DNA of 64,000 nt from NCBI GenBank assembly GCA_017936925.1, contig JAGBEP010000013.1:5634-69633 (forward strand), given 5' to 3'. This document shows positions 41,701 to 51,800 of this stretch, one piece after another; the first letter of the stretch is position 1, and every line of letters begins with the position of its first letter. The DNA comes from Clostridia bacterium. GTDB taxonomy: Bacteria; Bacillota; Clostridia; TANB77; CAG-508. A program made the translations under genes and the position numbers. The notes beneath the pieces are model-generated. The model worked only from the letters and a program-made list of their open reading frames with translations. It had not been told where the DNA came from and did not search any database.

Positions 41701-43493
41701 TATTTTATTTTTTCATTAAAATTCTCTAATGTATTGACTAAAAAACTGTTATTTTTCTCTTTTAGTAAACAATCGTTAAATTCTAGTAATAAACCTCTTT
41801 TTCTTTCCCATCCCATGTAACATCTTTCGTTCGGATTCCATTTTCTTTTTCTATATAAAAAATTAAATTTATTTTTCTTTTTATATTTTTTATTTAGTCT
41901 TTCCGCTTCTTTTTTTCCACCGTTTATTATTTCTGAATCTACTTTTTCCACTTCTTTTTCAGATGTTGTGCAGTCTCCTAATAGTGTAAAATAAATGTTT
42001 TTATCTTCGTTTCCTAAATAATATACTTCTATTTTTTTGAACATTTCTTTTACTTTTTCTTTTGAATCCAATATACAAGGTATTACAACCATTGTTTTAT
42101 TTATATCTTCAATTCCATTTTCATAATTTATTTTTGGTATTCTACTTTGCTTTACTATATTTTTAAGTATAGTATTTAATGTTTTTATCCAAATATTATA
42201 TATTGGTACATATTGTACGATGAATACAAAAATTTTAAGCTGATTTGATATTCTAAAGTTACTGCTAAGTATAAAGTCTAATATTAGTGGGACTAAAAAA
42301 TTTTGAATTACATAAATTCTTGAGATAATTTTTTTATTTACTCTTCTTACTTTCTTTTCTAAAATTTGCTCTTTTAATTCATATATTCCTTCGTCTATTA
42401 AATAATATCCAACATGTGCTTTTTTGTTTTCTTTATCTTCTCTATATCTTGATGATAGTTTTATTATTTCTTCTGAAATATAAATTTCAGATATTTTAGT
42501 TTTATCTGAAATTTTTTGAATTTTATTTCTATACATTTCTTTTGTCTCTTCTGTTTGTTTTTTATATACTCCACTTGGATCCATTTCTAATAATTCTTCT
42601 ACTTTGCTTGTTTTATTAAATACTTCTTTAAAATTTATTCTGTTTATTCTTTTAATTGAAGTTATGCATGCTCCAAATTCTATTTTTAGTGTTGCAACAT
42701 ATAAATGTTCTCCTTTTACGACTTCATCTATGTCTATTCCTAACTTTTTCATTTGCTTTTCTAATACTTCTAAATATGGAGTTCCTTTAGTTCCTATTCT
42801 TCGTAATTTATATGTCATATATTCTATGAATGATTGATTTAACTCATTGTTTACAGCTTTATTTTTTATATTTTTATCGAATTTTCTATCTTTTTCTTTT
42901 TTTATTTCAATTAATCTTTCATAAATATTTTCGACTTTATATTTTTGTATCTGAGAATGGTATATTTTTTTGCATATTTCTGCTATTTCTTGAATTATTG
43001 ATATTTGTATAAATATACCTATTTTCCAAATTTCTTTCATTGATAATATTTTTCTAGTTTGATAACTTTGAATTGCTTTTATTATCTTTTCTTCTGATAT
43101 GCATTCTTTTCCAAATGCTACTATTTCATTTGCTAATACGTATATTCTGCTAAATCCTTGATATTTTCCATTTGCAATTCCTGGTAAGTCTATATATTCT
43201 TTTTTAGTTAATGTTTTTTCTATGTTCTTTACTGTTTCTTCAATTATATAAAAGTTGTCTAATAACCATTCTCCAGCTGAGTGTATTTTGATTCCTAGTT
43301 TTAAATGTTCATTTAATATTTCGTATGTTTTTACAATATATTCAAAATTTTCTTTTAATTTTCTTATTGGATATGTGTTCTTATCAGACTTTTCTTTTAT
43401 ATTGTGCTCTTCACTAATTTGCTTTATATATTTTTCTAACTGGCTTTCTTCTAATGAAGTACCTTTTATATTCAGATACTTATAGTTATTCAT
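35715..43493 (-). CDS. Cyclic beta-1,2-glucan synthase-like multidomain protein (Cgs/NdvB type, about 2,592 aa)
   Basis: GWERKRG, SHDLLEG, RWIRGDWQ, STVDSGN, LASEAR, SWSGTAFEYLMP, WGISES and MAHHQG, then GH94 motifs GFRDQLQD, GDWNDG, ENGGQYTH and WYTGS; ATG 43493 after GAGGAG. Confidence 0.9.
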   Translation of the reverse strand: MNNYKYLNIKGTSLEESQLEKYIKQISEEHNIKEKSDKNTYPIRKLKENFEYIVKTYEILNEHLKLGIKIHSAGEWLLDNFYIIEETVKNIEKTLTKKEYIDLPGIANGKYQGFSRIYVLANEIVAFGKECISEEKIIKAIQSYQTRKILSMKEIWKIGIFIQISIIQEIAEICKKIYHSQIQKYKVENIYERLIEIKKEKDRKFDKNIKNKAVNNELNQSFIEYMTYKLRRIGTKGTPYLEVLEKQMKKLGIDIDEVVKGEHLYVATLKIEFGACITSIKRINRINFKEVFNKTSKVEELLEMDPSGVYKKQTEETKEMYRNKIQKISDKTKISEIYISEEIIKLSSRYREDKENKKAHVGYYLIDEGIYELKEQILEKKVRRVNKKIISRIYVIQNFLVPLILDFILSSNFRISNQLKIFVFIVQYVPIYNIWIKTLNTILKNIVKQSRIPKINYENGIEDINKTMVVIPCILDSKEKVKEMFKKIEVYYLGNEDKNIYFTLLGDCTTSEKEVEKVDSEIINGGKKEAERLNKKYKKKNKFNFLYRKRKWNPNERCYMGWERKRGLLLEFNDCLLKEKNNSFLVNTLENFNEKIKYVITLDSDTNLILDSAQKMIGAMAHILNKPIIEEKIVKSGYGIMQPRIGIRLEDSQKTIYTKIFSSTPGIDFYTNNVSDIYQDCFKEGIYTGKGIYDLKVYQELIKNRFPENRILSHDLLEGNYLRCGLLSDVVLLDTFPKQYISNLERQNRWIRGDWQIATWSENKKLNLINRFKIFDNLLRSTLSTFNLILLIIGILKSNIPIFLVSIISMFISSILEILNKVIFKKSVSEEKIYADKMFSKSFSGIKGSILRESIDIAFLPTESYNSISAIIKSLYRLKVKKKLLEWKTSDSVDKEIENSLEYYCKKMSANIILGIIMFGMLNPVGMVLGTLWIFASYLAWKISQVKDNKEKINNEDIKYLKKLAEETWQYFEESFTKENNYLVPDNFQVGRKEKFVVRTSSTNIGLEILSIISAYDLKIINKKQTLEKIEILINVIDKLKKWNGHLYNWYNIKTLTPLKPEYISTVDSGNFIGYMYVLKTFLMNENAKEELIEKVNEIIEKTDFSYLYSKKNRLFSIGFDITNNKLNDSYYDFLASEARQASLIAIAKKDIKYKHWINLSRTLTSINGYKGLVSWSGTAFEYLMPNLIIKVPEGSLIDESCKFAEESQKKYANENNVPWGISESAYCIKDLQGNYQYKAFGIPWLGLKRGLEDELVVAPYASILFLEYSTQDVVKNLKKLEKYKMRSKYGFFDSLDFTKERIGSKKEYEPVKTYMAHHQGLIINSINNLLNKEILKKRFTENPEIKAVEILLDERMPETVVLSKEKRNKVIKGRYNNLYDDKEIEYTHKEKIKRFNCISSGEYTNIISNNGNGYSKYKDIQINRYRGRNETNEGIGIYFKNITNQKIWSIYSSDKSIFTQYKNEFIKKEGEIESSVKIFLSPDESAEIRQITLKNIGKKQVDIESYICFEPILSNIQEDIAHPAYNSMFIRFEYLDKKILMCSRKNKNQNIYLGIKIVDEDNFEFELDKEKFIGRNQRIPKAIKESKILENKVIQTVEPVIGIKIKKEIKQMQEEKINIIIHISENKDEIIEYLGNMTNEKIDNILKLAKAKSEEEIKFLEVTTEQIENNEKILGHLIQKDIPKKIEKDLRLEEIWKFAISGDNPIILLEIERIEELYVLEELLETIEFFKVKNIKIDLIILNKEKVSYETFVKDEINETIQKHRIDYLRNNQIYLLNSSELEKSDIENLKSISDIIINAKIGGIKNNLEEIEKSYKIKNTERYILNKTQEEIKEEKTKYNNGYGGFLEDKYIINITPEKLPPRAWSNIIANNKIGTVITENNGGYTWYENSRLKRITSWENDSIQDIPSEKITIKDLRNKEYWNLGVWNEKNKYQVQFGMGYCKFKQINNNIIQENTIFIPISNQVKINSISIKNKERETKSLLLQYTLNLSLGENRFKNLGKIKVNQKNNTIYIENICKTNFEDIVEITSNEKINKIENIKEKNILENNIITIEIPIELKAFEKKKINIILGKETKQYIENEKVDQSFEEVQKYWEEKTSIIKVETPSEKINVYMNSWLIYQTLTSRIIAKSGFYQSGGAIGFRDQLQDTLGMKWIDEQLLYNQIIDAAKHQFIEGDVLHWWHEINCTGIRTKISDDLLWLPYSVIEYIDFTGKSEILDQEVEYIQGIEIEDEKEKYDKYSYTDTKESIYKHCIRAINRSLNFGTNGFPKIGTGDWNDGLNRVGHKGEGESIWLGFFIYDILNKWSKLIKDTEEAKRFEKIKEELKEKLNTIGWDGKWYKRAITDDGEVLGSSANKECKIDSISQSWSVISEAGTIEKQKKAIESTIENLVDEENKIIKLLTPAFSGEKSNPGYISNYPEGVRENGGQYTHSSIWLILALCKLGRIDEALKYIEMINPITHTDEKEKANKYKIEGYVLAGDVYSNKDMIGRGGWSWYTGSSSWYYKVCLEEILGITRKGEKLYLPKKIPSTWEEYKIQYKYKSNIYNIKISQNSEKNGKREIKLNGEKIEKEYIILKDENKIENIEIKM

Positions 43494-43582
43494 TGAAAAT
43501 ATCTCCTCTTGATTACTATTTTTCAAATGATATTTTTTCCAGTTTTGCAATATATATTCACTCTAATTGCCTTTATTTGCAT

Positions 43583-43616
43583 AAAAAATAGAAGTACTTA
43601 AAAGTACTTCTATCTT
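43583..43616. terminator. Intrinsic terminator after the surface-protein genes
   Basis: Inverted repeat ATAGAAGTACTT / AAGTACTTCTAT. Confidence 0.7.
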
Positions 43617-43655
43617 TATATTAAAGAAAATATTGTTTAATATTCATTTATTGTA

Positions 43656-46600
43656 TTATTCATTTAGTAATTTTATATCATCTTTTTTGTTTAAAAATTT
43701 TCTTTTTATTACTACTAATCCTGCTACTAAAACTATTCCAACAATTGCTATTATTTTGTAGTTATTTCTTGTTTTGTACTCTCTTAGTGAAATACCTGTA
43801 GGTTCAGTTAAAGTTACATAGTTTGGTGCATCTGTATCTCTTTCTCCGTTTAGATGTAATGTTTCGCCTTCTAGTGTTACTTCTTTTGCGCCTTCATAAT
43901 CTTTAACAAGTTCTCCATTATCATATCCTGTTGCTGCTATAAATTCTCCTCTACCTACTTGTGCATTTCCAGGTACTGCTAATTCATCTCTTCTTCCTAC
44001 TGTATTTGAGTATTTTAATACTTCAGCTATATTATTATATAAATCATTGTTTGAGTTTTCTTCAGTTAACTGTTTTGTTAGAACAACTCTAATTTTTCCG
44101 CTTGCGCTTTTTCCTATATCTTCAGAAGCTGCAGTAGGTACCAATTTTGTTATTGCTGATGGATTATAATCTTCTGTTTCTGATATTAGTACATTTTTGT
44201 TTCCTTCTGTAATATATGCTCTTTCTTTAGAATCTAGTAATAATTTTTCTCCATTTTTATCTGTATATACGTTTTCTGCTAGAGCTTTATTGCTTTCTAA
44301 TTCTTCTAATGTAGCTTCTGTCCAGCTTCCATTTTCTGTCAATGTATTGCTATCCATATCTGAAGATGCATCATTGTCAATATAGTCAATTATTTGTTCA
44401 ACTTTTGTTGTTACTATTTTATCTGTATCATTATTTTGATTGTTATAATAGTTTAACCCTACATATTCACCATATGTAATCATCTCTCCTGAAACATATG
44501 GAGCTGATTTTTCTAGCTCTGCTACTTTATTTAAGATTGACTCTGATGTTTCATATGAATCTAATTTTCCTGTCCAATCAACTTCTGAGTTATTTGTTAC
44601 TGTTATTTTGTATTCTACTTTTAAGATTGTTCCGTTTTTATAAGTGCTTTCTGTAGGAATATATTCAAATCCTTGAACTGTATCTGTTTCGTCTAGATGA
44701 ACTACTTTGTCAACATATTTATTACTGTTTGCTTCTTTGTTTATAGTTCCGTCTTCATTGTATGATACACTTAATAATAATTCTGTACCGTCTTCTTTGT
44801 ATAATGATATTTTTGAAATTTTCTTATCAAGGTCTATTGCTGTTCCAGATCTTCTTTCCAATCCAAAATCTATATTTTTGACAACATATGTATATTCTTG
44901 AATTCCATCTACTTTATTTACGATACCATAATCAACATAATCTTGATGTTCTATTTCAATATTTAGTTTAGCTGTGTTTGCAACCATTTGAGTATTTTCA
45001 ATTAATTTTGTATGATCTCCTGATTTGTCAGCACTTTCTAGTATAGTTCCTATTTGATTGTCTATATTCTTTGAGTATGCTATAACTTTCATTCTTTGTA
45101 ACTCATAATCTCTAGCGTCTGATATTCTTGCATCATTTAATGTTGATGTTCTTAAATCTTGCCATTCATTATCTAATGTAGATGTTCCATCACTGTTTGT
45201 CATATTTACTTGGTAAACTGTATTTTTATAATCTTGTCCGTTATATTTTACTGTAGCTTCTTTATTACCATATTTGAATCTTACTACATAGTTACCTGCT
45301 AATATGCCTTTAAAATAATAATATCCGTTTTCATCTGTTGTTACATCTTTTAGTCTATATTCTTTCTTCTCTTCTGCTGTTAAATCTGGGAAATCATCTT
45401 CTGTCCAGATTTTTTCATATTCGATACCATCTATTTGTATTTTTTCAACTATTTGGACATCAATATCTTTTATTTTAGCTTCATCTTCATCCATTGTACC
45501 ATTAGCTACTTTTTGATTATATAGTAAATTAATTGCTTCTGAATCTTCCCATACATTTCCATTGATTTCTCTATTATATCTGTATAATTGAATATTTGTT
45601 GCTGGTGCTGATTCAGTATCATCTTCATACCACTCTTTTACATTTCTTGTTAAATCAATGTTATCTGGTGCTGAATCTCTGTCAATTATTCCTGCTACTT
45701 TTCCATTTGTGTAGTATGTAGAATAATTTGCTATTTCAGCTACATTGTTCTTTTCTCCAAGTAATTCTGGTCTATCAGTAGTTCCTTTATATCCATTTTG
45801 ATCAACTTCGAATGTTATAAACATTTCTAATTGGTCTCCTGCAGATAATTTTGTATCTTTAAATGCTGTTATTGTTAATTTTTTATAATCATCATTTACT
45901 TGTTTATTTGTATCATTACATGTAAATTTATTCATTCCGTCTGACCAATATGTGTAATTTGCAACTTCATCAGATTTTACAATTCTATAATATGGTTGTT
46001 CTGCAACAACTTTATTTACTCTGTCTTGGTTATTGTCTAGTACATTTGCATTTATATCTGAGTTTACTAATGTAAACGTTTTATCATAGTAATCATTTAT
46101 TTGATTTATTGTTGCTATTAAATCTTCTTCAGCTTGACTTTCATTATTTATTGCAATTCTATATGTTAAATATACTTTTAAGTCTGTATCTGCTTTTATT
46201 TTTCTTACAGCTTCTTCACTTGTTTGATATACTGTAGAACGATATTCATAATCAGAACTGTATAAATCTATTGTATATTTACCAATTTTACATGCTTCTA
46301 TTTGTATTTCTAAAGCTTCTTTATTTTCTTCGTCTTCTACGTCAACATATTTATTATATGTTTTTGTAATTTCTTTTTCATTGACTAATATTTCAGCTTT
46401 GTATAAATCTTTAAATACGGATAAGTCTGCTTTTTCTCTTTCTTTTACAGCTAAATTTATATGTAACATATAATTGTATATTGTTTTATATGTTGTAGTT
46501 TTTCCAGTTTCATTTTCAACAACACTTAATTCTTTTACATCATCTGCTTCAGTTACTGAAATCTTGTTGTTTACTGGATAATATACTCCTGTATTTCCTG

Positions 46601-48857
46601 TAGTTGCTGTCATTTTATATTGATCTATTATATGTTCATTTTTATCTAATACTGTTAATGTTGATAATCTTCTTGTATTTGTATTATCAGGTAATGAAAA
46701 TTCTGTTGAAGTATAATCTAATGTTAATGTGTCTTGTCCATTAGTAGAGTATCCAGTAGTGTCACCATTGTTTTCCATTGCATTTCCACCATATACTTCT
46801 GTAAACTTTTTATTATAAGCATCTCTTTCTTCTGCATTTTCTGATGCGATTGAATCTTTTTCGTATTTTACTTTTTCTTCTTTTGAGGCTGATATATATT
46901 TATATGGATCTCCTCCAGCTGTAGGTAAAGCAGTAGATGCTTCATAATGCTGTCCATCGTATTTAAATTCAACATCATATGATACTTGGTATCCATTTTC
47001 TTTTAAGTAATTTACGTCTCCCGTACCCGGAACATTTATGTTTGGTATTTCATAATGACCATTTTCATCAGTATATATTGGATATGATAATTTTGTTTTG
47101 TTATCTTTGTCGTATATATCTTGTAAGTTTCTTTTTACTATGTTTCCTGACTTATCTTTTATTACTTTATAGATGTATACTTCTGCGTTTTTATATCCAT
47201 TTTCTCCATCTTCTTTTGTTCCATATGCATATTGTGGATTCTTTTTATCTGGATTTTTATCTATCCAAACTTCACCTTCCATAGGGATTGTTAATTTAAT
47301 AAGTTCTTCTGGTTCATCTGGTTTATATTCTGTATTCAAATGGTATTCTGCATCTTCATACCATCTAGCTCCTACATATACTTGTGCTAGTGGTTGAGAA
47401 GGATTTGATGTTAAATCTGTTAGTTCTACCCAGTAATTCCATTTTACAATATGGTTATGGTAATATCCATGTGAGCATTTTTTTGCGCCACCTGAACATA
47501 TTATATTTCCATTGCTATCTTTTTGTACGCTTGTGTGATGTCCACCGCAAGGACAATTTTTAGCTCCTTCGTCACACCAAATTGCTTCTGATTTTGGTTC
47601 CCAACTAGCATTGAAATATTCTCCTTTTAATTCAGAATATTCTCCACCAGCATTCATATATTTGAAATCGAATTTCAAGTCTGCAATAAATCTTGCATTT
47701 TCTTCATAATCTAATACTATATAAAATTCTTCTCCATTGTGTGGAAATGTTGCTGTATCGTCTGCTGATCTGTTATTGTATTTGAAAAACCATTTTGAAT
47801 TATCAACTTCTCCTAAGTTTGTTATTAGCGTAGCATTTATTATACTTGAAAAGTTTACTGTTCCTCTTTCTGTAGTTACTGATTCTTCATAATAATTAAT
47901 TTTGAAAGGTCCAATTAAGTATCTTTCTCTTTCTTTGTCATATTCTACTGTAGCATCGTCTGATTCACTTGAAATTTTGTAATCTATTACTGGTGCTGTG
48001 ACCGTTGCCGTTTTTCCATTTACAGTAACTGTTTTCTCTTGAGTTACAATTTTTCCATTTTCATCTCTTTTTGCTACCTTGTTGATATACGCTTCAAATG
48101 CCTTTGCTTCTTGTGAGAAAGCTGTTGATTGAACTTTGCTAGAGCTTCCTCCTGCTGGAGTTCTCCACCAAGCATATTGTACATATGTGTATGGGAAGAA
48201 GTTTCCACTATCAGTAATTTCTATATAATAATATTTTCCTGTTTCTTCGTCTTGTACCACATATTTTTGAGGTTCACCTGTTTTATCATCTATATCAACG
48301 CCATATATTACAGTTCCATATATATTGTAAAAATATGCGTCTGATATGTCTTCTGTGTATTCTTCATTTGTTCTATTATAAAATGTGCTTCCTGCTGATG
48401 GAACATTTTCTGATATTTCAGCTAATATATAGGCTTCTTCTGGTGTAGCAACTTTTTTGTCTGATTCTACATAGTATCCATATGTACGGCTTGTTGTTGC
48501 TGAATATGGGTTTGAAAAATTATCTGATGTTACATCTCCTGAAGCATTTTGTGTTTCTTCAAATAATTTTTTTCCTATATCATTCATTGTTAAATATGGT
48601 TCACTTTGGCTTCTATCTCCTGTTGATACAATAGTTCTTGAAGCTCCTATTAATGCTATACCTCTTCCACAGCAAAGCGTGTCTGGTTCATTTATTAAGT
48701 CTTCATATGTTATATATGGAAAGTTTGCTGGTAGCCCATCTCCTTCTGATATCATTTCATTTGTAGATTTTGCTAATATTTTATATCCTGAGTATATTAT
48801 TGCTATAAGTATTCCTATAAATATTATTGATACTAAAATCTTCTTTTTGTTATTCAT
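43656..48857 (-). CDS. Large secreted/cell-surface protein with duplicated SdrD-B-like and Ig-like modules
   Basis: N-terminal hydrophobic signal; GEVWID..TDENGHY and GNVWED..TDENGYY; C-terminal EPTG, TM and basic tail. Confidence 0.8.
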   Translation of the reverse strand: MNNKKKILVSIIFIGILIAIIYSGYKILAKSTNEMISEGDGLPANFPYITYEDLINEPDTLCCGRGIALIGASRTIVSTGDRSQSEPYLTMNDIGKKLFEETQNASGDVTSDNFSNPYSATTSRTYGYYVESDKKVATPEEAYILAEISENVPSAGSTFYNRTNEEYTEDISDAYFYNIYGTVIYGVDIDDKTGEPQKYVVQDEETGKYYYIEITDSGNFFPYTYVQYAWWRTPAGGSSSKVQSTAFSQEAKAFEAYINKVAKRDENGKIVTQEKTVTVNGKTATVTAPVIDYKISSESDDATVEYDKERERYLIGPFKINYYEESVTTERGTVNFSSIINATLITNLGEVDNSKWFFKYNNRSADDTATFPHNGEEFYIVLDYEENARFIADLKFDFKYMNAGGEYSELKGEYFNASWEPKSEAIWCDEGAKNCPCGGHHTSVQKDSNGNIICSGGAKKCSHGYYHNHIVKWNYWVELTDLTSNPSQPLAQVYVGARWYEDAEYHLNTEYKPDEPEELIKLTIPMEGEVWIDKNPDKKNPQYAYGTKEDGENGYKNAEVYIYKVIKDKSGNIVKRNLQDIYDKDNKTKLSYPIYTDENGHYEIPNINVPGTGDVNYLKENGYQVSYDVEFKYDGQHYEASTALPTAGGDPYKYISASKEEKVKYEKDSIASENAEERDAYNKKFTEVYGGNAMENNGDTTGYSTNGQDTLTLDYTSTEFSLPDNTNTRRLSTLTVLDKNEHIIDQYKMTATTGNTGVYYPVNNKISVTEADDVKELSVVENETGKTTTYKTIYNYMLHINLAVKEREKADLSVFKDLYKAEILVNEKEITKTYNKYVDVEDEENKEALEIQIEACKIGKYTIDLYSSDYEYRSTVYQTSEEAVRKIKADTDLKVYLTYRIAINNESQAEEDLIATINQINDYYDKTFTLVNSDINANVLDNNQDRVNKVVAEQPYYRIVKSDEVANYTYWSDGMNKFTCNDTNKQVNDDYKKLTITAFKDTKLSAGDQLEMFITFEVDQNGYKGTTDRPELLGEKNNVAEIANYSTYYTNGKVAGIIDRDSAPDNIDLTRNVKEWYEDDTESAPATNIQLYRYNREINGNVWEDSEAINLLYNQKVANGTMDEDEAKIKDIDVQIVEKIQIDGIEYEKIWTEDDFPDLTAEEKKEYRLKDVTTDENGYYYFKGILAGNYVVRFKYGNKEATVKYNGQDYKNTVYQVNMTNSDGTSTLDNEWQDLRTSTLNDARISDARDYELQRMKVIAYSKNIDNQIGTILESADKSGDHTKLIENTQMVANTAKLNIEIEHQDYVDYGIVNKVDGIQEYTYVVKNIDFGLERRSGTAIDLDKKISKISLYKEDGTELLLSVSYNEDGTINKEANSNKYVDKVVHLDETDTVQGFEYIPTESTYKNGTILKVEYKITVTNNSEVDWTGKLDSYETSESILNKVAELEKSAPYVSGEMITYGEYVGLNYYNNQNNDTDKIVTTKVEQIIDYIDNDASSDMDSNTLTENGSWTEATLEELESNKALAENVYTDKNGEKLLLDSKERAYITEGNKNVLISETEDYNPSAITKLVPTAASEDIGKSASGKIRVVLTKQLTEENSNNDLYNNIAEVLKYSNTVGRRDELAVPGNAQVGRGEFIAATGYDNGELVKDYEGAKEVTLEGETLHLNGERDTDAPNYVTLTEPTGISLREYKTRNNYKIIAIVGIVLVAGLVVIKRKFLNKKDDIKLLNE

Positions 48858-48862
48858 TTATG

Positions 48863-51800
48863 CTACACCTCCTTTCCAAATCTTGCTTGAATTTTATAAA
48901 TTATTTTACTTTTATTTATTGTTATTACTATTATTATTCCAGCTAAAATTATTGTAATTGCTATTGATATATATATTAGTGTTTCACCAGTTTTTACACC
49001 TATGATTAAATCTGCTGATGAAATATCGTTATCTTTTGGATCTTTATCATTTGGTTGAGAATTTAAATCAGAAATTCCTGCTTTATTATAGTCTTCTGCT
49101 ATTTCTGCCTGATTATTTATTATACCTGTATTGGTATCTGTCATTGATTTTGTTAATACTAATTTTACTGTTTGGGATTCATTAGCTGCTATTGGTGTAT
49201 CTGCTAATGCTTCAGTATATAAATTTCCGTCATTGCCTTTATACCAAGATTTATTTAACTCTGTACTAAATTCTAATTCTTCTGGCATATAATCAACTAT
49301 TTTCTTTGCGTATCCTTCAATTTCTCCTTCATTAGCTACTGTTATTGCATATTCTACAATTACATTTGATCCGTTTAAGTATTTTGCATTTATATCTACT
49401 TTAGCTAAATCTGTGCTGTTAAAATCATATGATTTAGTTCCGCTACTATTTTGAACAGTTACTTTTGTTATTCTTTTACTTAAGCTTAAATCAAATATAT
49501 TTGCTTCAATTAATCCCATGTCTATATTTGACTTACTTCCATTTTCAATTGTTATAACATCTGTTATTGCTGCTAACGTGTTTCCTTCTTTTCCTAAAAT
49601 TACATCTGAATTTAGGTTTTCTGCTACTCCTTGTTTTCTATATTCAGTAATTCCATATTTGCTACTATTATAATAGAATATTACGTTATATTTTCCATTT
49701 GAAAGATTGTCAAATTTATATTCTCCATCGCTTGATGTAGTTGTTTTGTCTATCATTTTTCCAGTTTCTGCATTTATCAATTTTACTTCTATTCCTGATA
49801 TTTTGCTTTCTGAATTATCCCTTTTTCCATCTTTTTCTTTTTCTAGCCAAACTATTCCTTTAATTTCATAAGTTGTTTTTATATTATTATTTTCTTGATT
49901 ATTGTTTTTATTATCTTTGTTGTTTTCACTTTCTGTTTCTTCAATTGTTTGAGAAGTTTTTTCTATAATATTTACAACTTGATTTGATTGAAGTGTTTCA
50001 ATTTCTTCACCTTCGATGTTTGCTGTATTAATTATTGTTTTTTGTCTTTCTTGAATGTTATTTACTTCAGCTGTAATTTTAGCTTCTAATGTTCCTGAAG
50101 GTAAAATATTTGTATAAATTGTAGCATCTTCATTTTTAGCTACTACTTTTGATACTTCAATTCCATCTATTACATATTCTAATTTTTTGATAGATACTTC
50201 ACTTGGTAATTCATCTACAAAAGATATATTGTTTGCTCTTACTGGACCAGTATTTTTAATATTGAATATATATTCAATTTCATCTCCAACTTTTATATAT
50301 TGGTTTGTTTTATTTGAAGTTTGAGTTATTTCTATATTTGGTCTTCCTACTGTTATATCCACTTGACCAGCTTGATATTTTTCTCCATTTACTTCTATAT
50401 TAGAAATTGTAGAAAATGTTTTTTCATATATTCCTTCTTCCATTTTGGCTACAACAAAATCTCCAATTAATACTATAGTTCTTCCAGCATCTAATTCGTC
50501 TATTGTCCATGTTATTGTTCTTGATGATTCATCATATGTTGTTGATTTTATTTTCTTTAATGCTATACCATCAGACTCGTAGCCTCTTATATAAGTTTCA
50601 CTATAGTTCAATTCTTTTGGTAGAACTTTAGTTACTTTTATATTTTTCATTTTTTCTTGGCTATTATTTTTAATTTGAATTTTTGCTTCTATTGTTTCAT
50701 TTACTCTAGCTATTGTTTCTTCTGTTTCTACTGTTTCTTCTGCTACTAAGTTTGATTTAGTTACTGTTATTTCATCATTTTTTGTTGTTATCTCTTTTGC
50801 AAGATCTGTAGCTGTTATAGTAGATTCACATACTAATTTGATTTCAGGAAGACTATCAATTATTTTTTCTTCATATTTAGTTTCACCTTTATCATCTACA
50901 TATGAAGTATTTAAGCTATATGTTCCATCTTCATTTTTTGCAAATCCTTCTTCATTTGCATAATATTCTTCGATAGTAGGTAGTTTATTTGCTTGAACAT
51001 AGAATTCTATATATTTTGTTTCTGATGGTTCTAGTTTTTCGATTATTGTTTTTATTTCTCTATCTGGTTTTAATGTCCAGCCTTTTGATCCTTCTACCGT
51101 TTCTGCACTTAAATGTGTTGCAAGTGTAGACCATTGTGGAACTTTTGTTGTTACTTCAACATTTTCTGCTACATCTGTTCCTGTATTTTCTACTGTTATT
51201 GTATATTTTACTTTTTCATATTCTTTTATTGAACCTTGCATATTAGTTTTTGTTTCTACTGATATCTGTGGTCCAATACCTGTTGTTAGTCCAACTATAT
51301 CTGCAGTTGAAACTTCTGATACAGTAGCTAAATCGCTCACATTATTATATACAGTTTCAAATGAGCTATATATATCAGTGTTATGTTCTAGGTTTGATGG
51401 AATTTCATATTGATAAGAATATTCTAGTACATCTCCTGATTGCATTTCATATTCTTCTGGAATTATTAAATATGATTTAACTTTTTCTAATTCTTCTATA
51501 TTTGTTGTCCATCCATTTTCTAGATTATTTAAATCTTCTGTAGCATTTTCATTTTCTGAATAGTAAATTGTTGATAATACTTTGTTATTTTCACTTTGAT
51601 AAATGTTTCCATATAATGTTGTATCTATTGTAGTTCCTAAATCTTTTCCTGTTTCAAAATCTTTATTTCCTTTAAATGGTATTCTTCCTAATATTTTTAC
51701 ATCATTACATACATTTTCATTATTGTTCATTATGATTAAGTCCATTGTTGCAAGTTTTTCTTCATCAAATATTTCAATTTTGTCAGTAACAATTCCTTGT

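Noticed and set aside
43531..43560. Sigma-F/G-like promoter upstream of the glucan synthase (GAATA...GGAAAAAATA)
   Set aside because: The spacing is off consensus and such matches are common in AT-rich DNA
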